Of a stretch of 35,161 bases of DNA, positions 26,337-35,161 are shown piece after piece. The stretch's first letter is position 1; each line of letters starts with the position of its first letter. The stretch lies in assembly GCA_009886115.1 (NCBI GenBank), contig VFJJ01000139.1:1-35161 (forward strand), read 5' to 3'. The notes below the pieces were generated by a model. That model made no database searches, was not told the origin of the DNA, and saw nothing but the letters and a program-made list of their open reading frames with translations. A program made the translations under genes and the position numbers. Source of the stretch: Actinomycetota bacterium. Its GTDB lineage: Bacteria; Actinomycetota; Acidimicrobiia; IMCC26256; VFJJ01.

Positions 26337-26822
26337 CTATCCGAGCGCGGACTCGATGGCGGCGATGACCTCGGGGGCGTCGGGGGCGGTGGTTGGCGCG
26401 AAGCGGGCGACGACGTGGCCGTCGGGGGCGACGACGAACTTCTCGAAGTTCCAGCGGATGTCGCCGGTGTGGCCGTCCCCGTCGGCGACGGCGTTGAGCT
26501 CGGCGAACAACGGGTGCTGCTGAGCGCCGTTCACGTCGACCTTCTCCGACAGCGGGAACGTGACGCCGTACGTGCTGCTGCAGAACTCGGCGATCTCGTC
26601 GGCCGAGCCGGGCTCCTGGCCCAGGAACTGGTTGCACGGGAAACCCACGACCGAGAATCCACGGGGTGCGAGCTTCTCGTGCAGGGCCTCCATGGCCTCG
26701 TACTGCGGGGTGAGCCCGCACTTGGACGCCACGTTCACAAAGAGCGCAGCCTTGCCGGGAAGCGAGTCGAGCAGCCCGGGCGTGCCGTCGAGCGTGGCGA
26801 TGTTGTGCTGATAGACGGTCAT
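26337..26822 (-). CDS. Cys-type glutathione peroxidase family protein (BtuE/Gpx)
   Basis: NVASKCGLT, GFPCNQF and WNFEKF motifs; GGAGG RBS. Confidence 0.95.
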   Translation of the reverse strand: MTVYQHNIATLDGTPGLLDSLPGKAALFVNVASKCGLTPQYEAMEALHEKLAPRGFSVVGFPCNQFLGQEPGSADEIAEFCSSTYGVTFPLSEKVDVNGAQQHPLFAELNAVADGDGHTGDIRWNFEKFVVAPDGHVVARFAPTTAPDAPEVIAAIESALG

Positions 26823-26911
26823 GGTGATCCTCCAGATCGGTGACGTGCGTGAGCACAGTCTCGCAGCGCGACGGCGACGGGCGCTATCGGGCCCACGACC
26901 CGCCGGGGAGC

Positions 26912-27691
26912 TCAGGCTTCGAGGAAGCCGGCGCGTACCCGGGGATGGGCGAGCACGGTTGCGAGCGTGCCGCTGGCGACGATCGCTCCGCCGTCGAGGG
27001 CGATCACGGTGTCGGCGACGCGCTCGATGAAGCCGAGGTCGTGGTCGACCACCACGATGCCCAGCCCCTGGCGCGCCAGCCTGCGCAGCAGTGCAGCGAG
27101 CACGTCGTGGCGGACCGGACCCTGCCCCGAGGCCGGTTCGTCGAGCAACAGGACCCGCGGCTGGCGCGCCAGCGCCCGAGCGAGATCGACGCGACGCAGG
27201 TCGGCCAAGCCCAGCTGCGCCAAGGGCTCAGTGAAGAGCTCATGTGCGAGGCCCGCCTGGTGCAACAAGGTGTCGGCGGTCGTACGCGCCCCCGACGAAC
27301 GTGTGGCGATGCGCCGGAGGCCGGGTGGCCGTCGGCGGAGCGAACCCAGCGCCAGTGCGACCGCGTCACGAGGGTCGGTCGCGACGAACGTGGGTACCTG
27401 ATCGGTCTTGGTGATGCCGGCCCGGGCCCGGTCGTCGGCTCCGACGCCTGTCAGGTCGGTCCCGTCGAGCAGCACCCGGCCGATGTCGGAGCGACGCCCG
27501 CCGGCGATCACGTCGAGCAGCGTCGTCTTGCCTGCGCCGTTGGGGCCGATGATCGCCGTGACCGTTCCGGCTCCGATGTCGAGCGACACCCCGGCCAGCC
27601 CTGCGCCCGTCTCGAAACGCAGCGTGACGTCGACCACCGACAGCAACGGGGAGTCGGCGACGGGCCCCGGTCGAGACCCTGCGGTGGTCAT
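26912..27691 (-). CDS. ABC ATP-binding protein, LivG-like, with no permease nearby
   Basis: GPNGAGKT, LLLDEP and VVDHD motifs with a degenerate signature (LGLAD); ATGA overlap with the hrpB stop. Confidence 0.8.
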   Translation of the reverse strand: MTTAGSRPGPVADSPLLSVVDVTLRFETGAGLAGVSLDIGAGTVTAIIGPNGAGKTTLLDVIAGGRRSDIGRVLLDGTDLTGVGADDRARAGITKTDQVPTFVATDPRDAVALALGSLRRRPPGLRRIATRSSGARTTADTLLHQAGLAHELFTEPLAQLGLADLRRVDLARALARQPRVLLLDEPASGQGPVRHDVLAALLRRLARQGLGIVVVDHDLGFIERVADTVIALDGGAIVASGTLATVLAHPRVRAGFLEA

Positions 27692-30249
27692 CGGCGTCCC
27701 CGTTCGGGAGGGGCCGCCGCCGCCGGATCGTCGGGCCAGGCGTGCTTCGGATAGCGGCCCGCCATGTCCTTGCGGACGTCGCGCCACGACCCGGTCCAGA
27801 ACCCGGCCAGGTCGGAGGTGATCTGGATGGGCCGCCCGGCCGGCGACAGGAGGTGCAGCACCACCGGCACGCGCCCGTCGGCCACGGTGGGATGGATGCG
27901 ACAGCCGAAGAGGTCCTGGACCTTGACGCTGAGCACCGGGCCGCCCTCGCCCGAGTAGTCGAGGCGCATCGTGCGCCCGCCGGGCAGGGTGAGCGAGGCC
28001 GGGGCCAGGCGCTGGAGCGCGCGGCGCTGCGGCGGTGTGAGGAGTCGTTCGACGATGCCGACGAGGTCGAGCGCCGCGAGATCGGCGCGACCGCGGGCGC
28101 CGGCGAGGTACGGCTCGAGCCACGCGTCGACGGTCGAGACGAGCCGAGCCTCCGAGACATCGGGCCAGGGCTCGCCTTCCCATCCCTCCGGCAGAGCCCT
28201 GGCGCAGAAGGCCACCCGGCTGCGGAGGATCTCCAAGGCCGGTGGGGGCGCCAGCACGGCGAGCCTGGTCGTGCGGATGCGATCCAACAAGGCCGTCGTG
28301 GTCGCAGCGCCCGATGCCGGACGGCGCTCGACGATGCCGAGACGCAACGACCCCAGACGTCGCTCCACGCGGGCGACGAGATCGTCCCGGTCACGGTCCC
28401 ACACGAGCCGGGCCGACTCCTCGACCTCGTGGCCGAAGACGAGGTCGACGTCGAGCGCGTCGAGCGGAGCGGCCAGACGGATGCGGGCGTCCTTGCGCTG
28501 GCCGTCGAGATCGGCCGCAACCAGGAACGCCTGTGTTGCCAAGGAGTCCGCGGCGGCGACCCAGGCGCCGGTCCCGGTTCGCAGCTTGAAGCCTCCCCGC
28601 CCGCTTTCGCGCGCCTGCGCGATGCGATCGGGATACGCGAAGGCCAGCACCCGTCCGACGGCGGACCCGTCGATGCTGCCTGGCGTGGGCTCGACCCCCG
28701 CCCGCCGGGCCAGGTCGTGGGCTTGTTCGCGCACACGTCGGAGCGCGCGGCCGTCGGCGAGCGGATGACGGGCGCTCGGGTCGTCGATGAGCCGGACCCG
28801 CAGCACCAGATCGGCCGGCAGCTCGTCGGGCCGACCCCGCAGCACGTCGCGCTCGGCCAGCAGCGCGGCCACGACGCACGCCAGCCATCCCGATCCCCAC
28901 TCGGTGGCCCCGTGGATCATCCGGGCCAAGCGGGGGTGCAGCGGGAGCTCGACCATCGCCCGGCCGACCGTGGTGATGCGCCCGTCGGCATCGAGCGCGT
29001 CGAGCATCCGCAAGAGCCCGTGGGCTTCGGCGATGCTGCGGGCCGGCGGCGGATCGAGGAACGGCAGCGCCGAGAGCGCATCGGGCCCGTTCACGCCCCA
29101 GGCGGCCAGCTCCAGGGCCAGACCGGCCAGGTCGACCTGGGTGATCTCGGGATCGGCAAACGGGCGACGGGTTCCGTGCTCGACCAGCGACCACAGGCGA
29201 TAGGCCACGCCGGGCTCGGTGCGTCCGGCCCGCCCGGCGCGCTGGTCGGCCGAGGCCCTCGACGTGGCGACCGTCGTGAGGCGGGTCATCCCCGTGCGGG
29301 CGTCGTAGCGGGGCACCTTGGCCAGGCCGGCGTCGACGATGATGCGCACGCCTTCGACCGTGAGGCTCGTCTCGGCGATGTCGGTGGCCAGCACGACCTT
29401 GCGCAGCCCCGGGGGACAGGGCGCGAGCGCGGCGTCCTGATCGGCGCTCGCCAGTGCGCCGTAGAGCGGCCGCACGTCCACGTCGAGGGGCCCGGGGAGC
29501 GGGCTTTCGCCGAGCAGGTCGACCGTGCGCCTGATCTCGGCCTCGCCCGGGAGGAAGGCCAGCACGTCGCCGGTCGGCTCGTCGCGAAGCGCCCGCCTGA
29601 TCGCCTCGGCAACGCTCGGCTCCACGTGCTGCTTGGGGTTGCGGGGAACCCAGCGGATCTCGACGGGATGGACCCGACCGTCGCTCGTGACGATCGGGGC
29701 GGGGTCGGCGTCGCGGGAATCGCCGAGCACCCGTGCCACCCGGGCCCCGTCGATCGTGGCCGACATCACGAGCAGCCGGAGCTCGGGGCGCAGGATCCGG
29801 CGCACGTCGAGCGCGAGCGCCAACCCGAGATCACCGGGGAGGCTGCGCTCGTGGAACTCGTCGAAGATGACCAGTCCCACACCGGCGAGCGACGGATCGT
29901 GTTGGAGGCGACGGGTCAGGATGCCCTCGGTGACCACCTCGACCCGGGTGGCCGGCCCCACCTGCCGCTCATCTCGGGTGCGGAACCCGACGGTCTGGCC
30001 CACGCTCTCGCCCAGCATCGACGCCATCCGGCGGGCCGCGGCCCGCGTCGCCAGTCGGCGGGGTTCGAGCATCACGATCCTCTGCTCACCGAGCCAGGGC
30101 TCCTCCAGCAGCCGCAACGGGACGAGCGTCGTCTTGCCCGCCCCGGGCGGCGCCTGCAGCACCGCGTGCGTGTCGACGGCCAACGCTCGCCGGAGCGCGG
30201 TCATGCAGTCCTCGACAGGTAGTGAGGTGGGGGGAACGAGCTGACCCAT
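27688..30249 (-). CDS. hrpB: ATP-dependent DEAH-box RNA helicase HrpB
   Basis: APPGAGKTT, EPRRLA, DEFHER, MSAT, ATDIAETSLT, QRAGRAGR and the HrpB C-terminus LLSPAGRP..RYPKHAWPDDP. Confidence 0.96.
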   Translation of the reverse strand: MGQLVPPTSLPVEDCMTALRRALAVDTHAVLQAPPGAGKTTLVPLRLLEEPWLGEQRIVMLEPRRLATRAAARRMASMLGESVGQTVGFRTRDERQVGPATRVEVVTEGILTRRLQHDPSLAGVGLVIFDEFHERSLPGDLGLALALDVRRILRPELRLLVMSATIDGARVARVLGDSRDADPAPIVTSDGRVHPVEIRWVPRNPKQHVEPSVAEAIRRALRDEPTGDVLAFLPGEAEIRRTVDLLGESPLPGPLDVDVRPLYGALASADQDAALAPCPPGLRKVVLATDIAETSLTVEGVRIIVDAGLAKVPRYDARTGMTRLTTVATSRASADQRAGRAGRTEPGVAYRLWSLVEHGTRRPFADPEITQVDLAGLALELAAWGVNGPDALSALPFLDPPPARSIAEAHGLLRMLDALDADGRITTVGRAMVELPLHPRLARMIHGATEWGSGWLACVVAALLAERDVLRGRPDELPADLVLRVRLIDDPSARHPLADGRALRRVREQAHDLARRAGVEPTPGSIDGSAVGRVLAFAYPDRIAQARESGRGGFKLRTGTGAWVAAADSLATQAFLVAADLDGQRKDARIRLAAPLDALDVDLVFGHEVEESARLVWDRDRDDLVARVERRLGSLRLGIVERRPASGAATTTALLDRIRTTRLAVLAPPPALEILRSRVAFCARALPEGWEGEPWPDVSEARLVSTVDAWLEPYLAGARGRADLAALDLVGIVERLLTPPQRRALQRLAPASLTLPGGRTMRLDYSGEGGPVLSVKVQDLFGCRIHPTVADGRVPVVLHLLSPAGRPIQITSDLAGFWTGSWRDVRKDMAGRYPKHAWPDDPAAAAPPERGRR

Positions 30250-30420
30250 GTACGACCCAGTGTGCCCGCCTCGAACCTCAAGCACCCGCGCTTGAGCCGA
30301 TGATGCCCATGTTCCGAAGCGACCGTGATGGCGCAGAGCGCTCGGTTCCCGTCGCCCCTCGCCCGTGCGACCGATCGCCTCAGCGGTCGGGGCGCCTCGA
30401 ACCGTCGAGGCCGGGCAGCT

Positions 30421-32601
30421 TCACACCGTGAACGCTCTCGACGTGGCGTTGAGAACGCCGTCCTTGGTACGGAGATCGAGCGTGATCGTGTAGTCGCCGG
30501 CGACGAGGCCCGGGTACGCGCGACCGTTGTTCATGTCGAATGCGTGATCGGCGCCCCAGCACTCGGGAGGTGAGAGCGACCATCCGCCGTTCTCAGTTGC
30601 CGGGATCTCGGTGAAGCTCACCGGTCCGGTCACGGCCCATCGTGAGTCGGCACAACGATCGGAGCCGGCAGCGACGAACCGAGCCGTGTTGCGGGCGCTC
30701 GACAGCGTCGTCGTGATGCCCGAGAGCGCGGGTTTCAGCGTGAAGGCCTGTGACCGCTCGCCGATCTGGCCGAAACTGTCGCGCACCTCGAGCTTGACGA
30801 CGAAGTTGCCTCCACGAAGGGCTGCGACGATCTCGGCCGTGCTGAAGATGTGGTCCTGTGGCCAGCAACCACCGGACGGGATGGCCCATCCACCGTTCTG
30901 CGACGGCGAGATCTGCTGGAAGCTCACCGGTCCGGTGACGGTCCAACGGGAATCGGTGCATCGGGAGGCCTGGGGTGCGGTGACGTCGGCCCGGGTGGTG
31001 CCCAGACTCACGATGAGGCTGCCGACGACCGGCGGCGTCGGCGTCGGCGCCGGTGCGGCGGCGGGTGGCGGTGAGACCGGAGCGGGCCCTGGGGATGGCG
31101 GTGGCGGCGGTGGCCCGGGTGGTGCGGGTGGGTTCGGACTTGACGATGACACCGTTGGAGCCCCGGGGACCGGTGGCACCGGCGGCGAGGTCCCCGACGG
31201 CGAGGTCACGGACGGCGAGGTCCCCGACGGAGCTGACGGTGATCCCGATTCGTCGGGCAAGGGTGAGGGCGAAGCCGAAGCCGAGTCCGAGTCCGAGTCG
31301 GCGGGCGCCTGAGATCCGCGCCGCGGCGGTGGCGCGGTGAGCGTGGGAACGGTTCCCACCGTCGTGGGGCCGGTGTCCGCTGTGGAGAGCGTCGTGATCG
31401 ATGCCTCGCCGACGGTACCGGTGCTCGTCGTGGTGCTGGACGATGCGGCAGCGACGGGCTGAGCGTTGGTCTTGGTGCCCGTTGAGATCGTGGAGTCACC
31501 ATTGCCCGCGAGCAGGAGCGCCAAGGCCGCCGTCCCCACGACGAGCGCACCCGCCAGCGCGCCGAGGACCGCCTTGTGCCGCCGCCGTGACCGCGCCGGA
31601 GCTCCTTGTGCCGGGGCTCCTTCTGCCGGTCGCGGCGCAGCGTCGATCGCGGGCAGGGAAGGGACGATCGTGGGCAGGGTGACCGGGGCGACGATCGCGG
31701 CCGCGGTCCCGGCCGCGCCGAGAGCAGATGCTCCGACAGCGGTGGCGGTGAACACGGGTGTGGCTGCTCGGCCGTGGTCGTGCTCGATGGCGAGCAGCAT
31801 GTCGACCACGTCGGATGCCCGTTGGGGACGCGCCGCCGGATTCTTGGCCATCAGCCGCTCGACGAGGCCGGCCACGGGCTCGGGGACCCCGCGGGCGCGA
31901 AGATCGGGGACGGGATCGCTCACCACCCGCATGGCGACCTGGACGAACATCTCGTCGGTGGGGCGGAGGAACGCCGGTTCTCCTGCGAGGAGCGTGAACA
32001 TGGTCGATCCGAGCGAGTAGAGATCGGCCGCGACCTCTGCCTTGCCTCCCGTGATCACCTCCGGGGCCACGTGGGCCGGGCTGCCGGTGATGACCCCGGT
32101 GGTGGTGCTGTGCGTGCCGTTGATGCCGGCGATCCCGAAGTCACCGAGCTTCACCCGCCCGAGGCGGTCGAGGAGAAGGTTCTCGGGCTTCACGTCTCGG
32201 TGGAGCACCCCGTGGCGATGGGCGGCCTCGAGTGCGTCGGCGGTCTGGATCCCGAGTTGCACGACCTCGGCCCAGGCCAAGGCACCTCGGGCTGCCAGAC
32301 GCTGGGCGATCGAACCCGCCGGGAGGTACTCCATCACGAGGAAGCCCGCGCCGCTGTCTGGTACCCGGCCGGCCTCGTAGACCGCCACCACGTTGGGGTG
32401 CCAGGTGAGCGCGGCCATCACCTCGCACTCACGGAGGAACCGCCGCATCATCGAGTCGTCGAGGTCGAATCGCATCAGCAGCTTGAGGGCCACCTCGCGC
32501 TGCAGCGACTCCTGCACCGCCCGGTAGACGATGGCGAATCCGCCGCGGCCGATCTCCTCGTGCACCGTGAAGCCGGGAATCTCCAGCCGATGCTCTGCCA
32601 T
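30421..32601 (-). CDS. Transmembrane Hanks-type Ser/Thr protein kinase with a Pro/Ser/Thr linker and two C-terminal repeats
   Basis: IGRGGFAIVY, VALK, HRDVKPEN, DFG and APE; TM segment AVLGALAGALVVGTAALALLLAG; GGAGG RBS. Confidence 0.92.
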   Translation of the reverse strand: MAEHRLEIPGFTVHEEIGRGGFAIVYRAVQESLQREVALKLLMRFDLDDSMMRRFLRECEVMAALTWHPNVVAVYEAGRVPDSGAGFLVMEYLPAGSIAQRLAARGALAWAEVVQLGIQTADALEAAHRHGVLHRDVKPENLLLDRLGRVKLGDFGIAGINGTHSTTTGVITGSPAHVAPEVITGGKAEVAADLYSLGSTMFTLLAGEPAFLRPTDEMFVQVAMRVVSDPVPDLRARGVPEPVAGLVERLMAKNPAARPQRASDVVDMLLAIEHDHGRAATPVFTATAVGASALGAAGTAAAIVAPVTLPTIVPSLPAIDAAPRPAEGAPAQGAPARSRRRHKAVLGALAGALVVGTAALALLLAGNGDSTISTGTKTNAQPVAAASSSTTTSTGTVGEASITTLSTADTGPTTVGTVPTLTAPPPRRGSQAPADSDSDSASASPSPLPDESGSPSAPSGTSPSVTSPSGTSPPVPPVPGAPTVSSSSPNPPAPPGPPPPPPSPGPAPVSPPPAAAPAPTPTPPVVGSLIVSLGTTRADVTAPQASRCTDSRWTVTGPVSFQQISPSQNGGWAIPSGGCWPQDHIFSTAEIVAALRGGNFVVKLEVRDSFGQIGERSQAFTLKPALSGITTTLSSARNTARFVAAGSDRCADSRWAVTGPVSFTEIPATENGGWSLSPPECWGADHAFDMNNGRAYPGLVAGDYTITLDLRTKDGVLNATSRAFTV

Positions 32602-32732
32602 CGCTGACCCTCCACCCCGTTGGCTTGACGGCCAACACGGCGAATGGTGCAGCGTGGCGGACGATCAGGCAATCAGTGGTCCCCCCGGGGGGATCGCCAG
32701 CTCGGGAGGACCGCGGCGTGGGGTGAGGACGT

Positions 32733-32756
32733 GCTCAAGGGCTCAAGGGCTCAAGG
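32733..32756. repeat. 8 bp tandem (GCTCAAGG)x3 just past the GH26 stop
   Basis: Read directly from the sequence. Confidence 0.85.
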
Positions 32757-32758
32757 GC

Positions 32759-33751
32759 CTACCTGCCGAAGAGTTGCTTGAACATCGCTCGGCTCTGGGG
32801 GACGGGGATCTGGCGGCCGGAGTCGGGATCGGCAACGCCGAAGCCGGGCTGCTCCCAGAAGGCGTGCCACCACACGTTCCACGCCGGATCGGAGATGATC
32901 TCGTGCATCCGCTGGATGAACAGGGGATTGTCGCCGCCGCCGTGACACAGCCCGTCGGACTCGATGATCCAGAGCTCGAGGCCCCATTCGGGGAACGCCA
33001 GGTTCTTCTTGTGGGCCCGGGCGAAGTCACGCCAGAACACCAGGCCTCGTTCACCGTTCAGGATCTGGTCCCACACGGCGTCCTGCTCGGCCCGGGTGGG
33101 CGGGGCGTCGACGCCGGGCCGCCAACCGCGGTTGTACCAACCGTCGTAGACGTCGATACCGATCTCGTCGACCCATTGGTCGCCGGGATAGGCATCATCG
33201 GGATGGCGCAGCGCCTCGGTGCCGACGGTGGGGTTCCACTCGAACACGAAGCGCTGCCCAGGCGTCGCCCGCATCGCGTCGACCCAGCGTCGCCACGCGG
33301 TGATGAAATCTCCGACCTCGCTCTGGTCGACGCCGTAGTGGAACCAGTCGCCGTTGAACTCGTGTCCGCCCCGGAGGATGGCGTCCTCCTGGCCGCTGGC
33401 GACCAGGCGCTGGCCGAGCGTCCTGTAGTGCTGGTCGTACGCCCCACGGGCGGCCTCGGCCCACGAGCCGCCCTCGGGGAAGATTCCCGTCCCCCCGAGA
33501 ACCAAGCGGGCGTTGGGCATCTTGGCCCAGGCCTGGGCTTGCCAGTCGGGCCAGGTCTGGTTCGACCACGTGTCGATGTCCTCGTAGTCGAGCACGTACT
33601 CGACGGGCTTGCCCAGGTACTGCTGGTAGCTGCCCATCTGATCGATGCCCCACTGTCCCGGGCCGCGGTACACGCCGATGGGTCGCACGCAGCCCGTGAG
33701 TGACACCACGGCCAGTGCGATCGCCATGAATCCCAAGCGTTTCTTGAACAT
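32759..33751 (-). CDS. Glycoside hydrolase family 26 (beta-mannanase-like) lipoprotein
   Basis: RGGHEFNGDWF (acid/base Glu), YPGDQWVDEIGIDVYD, FPEWG (nucleophile Glu); lipobox LTG-C; GGAGG RBS. Confidence 0.88.
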   Translation of the reverse strand: MFKKRLGFMAIALAVVSLTGCVRPIGVYRGPGQWGIDQMGSYQQYLGKPVEYVLDYEDIDTWSNQTWPDWQAQAWAKMPNARLVLGGTGIFPEGGSWAEAARGAYDQHYRTLGQRLVASGQEDAILRGGHEFNGDWFHYGVDQSEVGDFITAWRRWVDAMRATPGQRFVFEWNPTVGTEALRHPDDAYPGDQWVDEIGIDVYDGWYNRGWRPGVDAPPTRAEQDAVWDQILNGERGLVFWRDFARAHKKNLAFPEWGLELWIIESDGLCHGGGDNPLFIQRMHEIISDPAWNVWWHAFWEQPGFGVADPDSGRQIPVPQSRAMFKQLFGR

Positions 33752-34025
33752 CAACCCTCCGTTTCGCGGCGCGTCGGCAGACACGCGCGCTCCCGCTGGA
33801 CACGACCGCCGAGACGACGCTCACGCCCGCTGAGGGGGCATCGTCACGTCCCGGGCCCCGGCTGAAGCTGCGCGGGGTGAGATTGCAGTGTGCCGAACCG
33901 TTGGTTGCGTCGACCCCTAGGGGTTCTCAACGTGAGGTGAAATCTCGAACGACCGCTGTGGTGGACGTGCGAGGTGTGCCGTCGCCGCGAACGGGCGACG
34001 ACCCGGCCGCGGTAACCTGGCGCAC

Positions 34026-34562
34026 ATGCCCACGAAACCCTTGCAGTTCCTCGCGTTCGCGCTCGTCACCGCTTCTCTCGCGGGCCTCGTGGCGTGCGGT
34101 GACGATGACGATGACACCAGCGCGGGATCGGACGCCACCGAGGCCGACTCGACCGCCCCCGCAGCGGGCTCGGACACCACCGCGGCCGACACCACCATCA
34201 AGCCGGTGATCGAGGCCAAGACCGCAGAACCCCCGGCCGAGCTCGTCATCACCGATCTCGTTGCCGGAGCCGGAGCCGAAGCCGTCCTCGGGTCCACCGT
34301 CGAGGTCCACTATGTCGGGGCGCACTACGCCACCGGCGAGCAGTTCGACGCTTCGTGGGACCGGGGTGCCACGTTCCCGCTCGTGCTGGGCGCCGGCCGG
34401 GTCATCCCGGGTTGGGAGCAGGGTCTCGTCGGCATGCTCGTGGGTGGCCGTCGTGAGCTGATCATCCCGCCGGCCCTGGCCTACGGGGCGGCGGGACGCC
34501 CGCCGGTGATCCAGCCCGACGAGACCTTGGTGTTCGTGATCGACCTCGTCTCGGTCTCCTGA
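34026..34562 (+). CDS. FKBP-type peptidyl-prolyl isomerase, lipoprotein
   Basis: VEVHYVG, FDASWDRG, VIPGWEQG and RRELIIPPALAYG motifs; lipobox LVA-C. Confidence 0.95.
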   Translation: MPTKPLQFLAFALVTASLAGLVACGDDDDDTSAGSDATEADSTAPAAGSDTTAADTTIKPVIEAKTAEPPAELVITDLVAGAGAEAVLGSTVEVHYVGAHYATGEQFDASWDRGATFPLVLGAGRVIPGWEQGLVGMLVGGRRELIIPPALAYGAAGRPPVIQPDETLVFVIDLVSVS

Positions 34563-34699
34563 GGCGATTCCGTCCGCCTGGTTTCGCGGGGAGACACTGC
34601 GTCACCAGCGCCGGTAGCGCGACCAGAACGACCAGCGCGCCAGCAGAACGACCTCTCGGCATCGAGGCATCGAGGCGTGGACTTGGGCAGACTCGCGGC

Positions 34700-35161
34700 A
34701 TGAGTAGCACCACGGCCTCCACCGGCGACTCCGCTCACGCCCGCCTCGTCGACCTCGCTCGGCGGCATCTCTGGATGCACATGGCGACGGCCGAGGCCGA
34801 TGGCGAGGCCATGGCGATCCTCACCCGGGGTGAGGGCTGCTACGTCTGGGACGACAGGGGCAAGCGCTATCTCGACGGCCTCGCCGGGCTCTTCGCCGTC
34901 AACGTGGGGCATGGTCGAGCCGAGCTGGCTGCCGCCGCCGGGAGCCAGGCCGGCGAGCTTCCGTTCTTCCCGATCTGGGGCAACGCCCATCCCCCGGCGA
35001 TCGAGCTCGCGGCGCGCCTGGCCGGGTTGGCGCCCGATCATCTGAACCGGGTCTTCTTCACCAGCGGAGGCTCGGAGGCCGTCGAGACGGCGTGGAAGCT
35101 GGCCCGCCAGTACTTCCGCGCCATCGGGCAGCCCAAGCGATCGAAGGTGATCGCCCGAAAC
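34700..35161 (+). CDS. Class III PLP aminotransferase (omega-amino acid/polyamine type), runs off the window
   Basis: Absent from the ORF track. Reads RHLWMHM..RGEGCYVWDDRGKRYLDGLAGLFAVNVGHGR..RVFFTSGGSEAVETAWKLARQY. Confidence 0.9.
   Translation, partial: MSSTTASTGDSAHARLVDLARRHLWMHMATAEADGEAMAILTRGEGCYVWDDRGKRYLDGLAGLFAVNVGHGRAELAAAAGSQAGELPFFPIWGNAHPPAIELAARLAGLAPDHLNRVFFTSGGSEAVETAWKLARQYFRAIGQPKRSKVIARN

Noticed and set aside
21480..30222. Very long antisense ORFs (21480-23810, 27742-30222, also 12801-14459)
   Set aside because: Shadow ORFs expected from high-GC codon bias opposite well-supported genes; they carry no motifs.
31030..31450. Gly-rich plus-strand ORF (30611-31312) and short repeats
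   Set aside because: These are the antisense of the kinase's Pro/Ser/Thr low-complexity linker.
33752..34025. Riboswitch (c-di-AMP or c-di-GMP) in the GH26 leader
   Set aside because: I could not find the conserved aptamer sequences on either strand; an Rfam scan would settle it.

Overview
High-GC actinobacterial DNA, probably Acidimicrobiia (inferred from gene content, GYxLxASDGG-type repeats and many apparently leaderless genes). The left ~20 kb is a lipid/sterol catabolism region: several SDRs and epimerases, an ACAD10/11-type acyl-CoA dehydrogenase with a nearby APH-type kinase, an Rv3521-ltp4-ltp3 module, two P450s, an F420-dependent reductase, a mycofactocin-type SDR, a cyclase and a crotonase. 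The right part encodes an M16 protease lipoprotein, an orphan N4-C DNA methyltransferase fused to a degenerate nuclease-like domain, glutathione peroxidase, HrpB coupled to an orphan ABC ATPase, a Ser/Thr kinase with a duplicated extracellular domain I do not recognise, a GH26 lipoprotein, an FKBP and a class III aminotransferase. Between the intact genes lie at least six eroded gene remnants. Three of them sit in a ~550 bp islet bracketed by a 68 bp duplication of a gene end. There are also REP-like palindromes and a LexA-box promoter upstream of a DUF1640-like coiled-coil membrane protein. I saw no CRISPR array, RNA gene, transposase or integrase. All calls come from reading motifs by eye; no searches were run.
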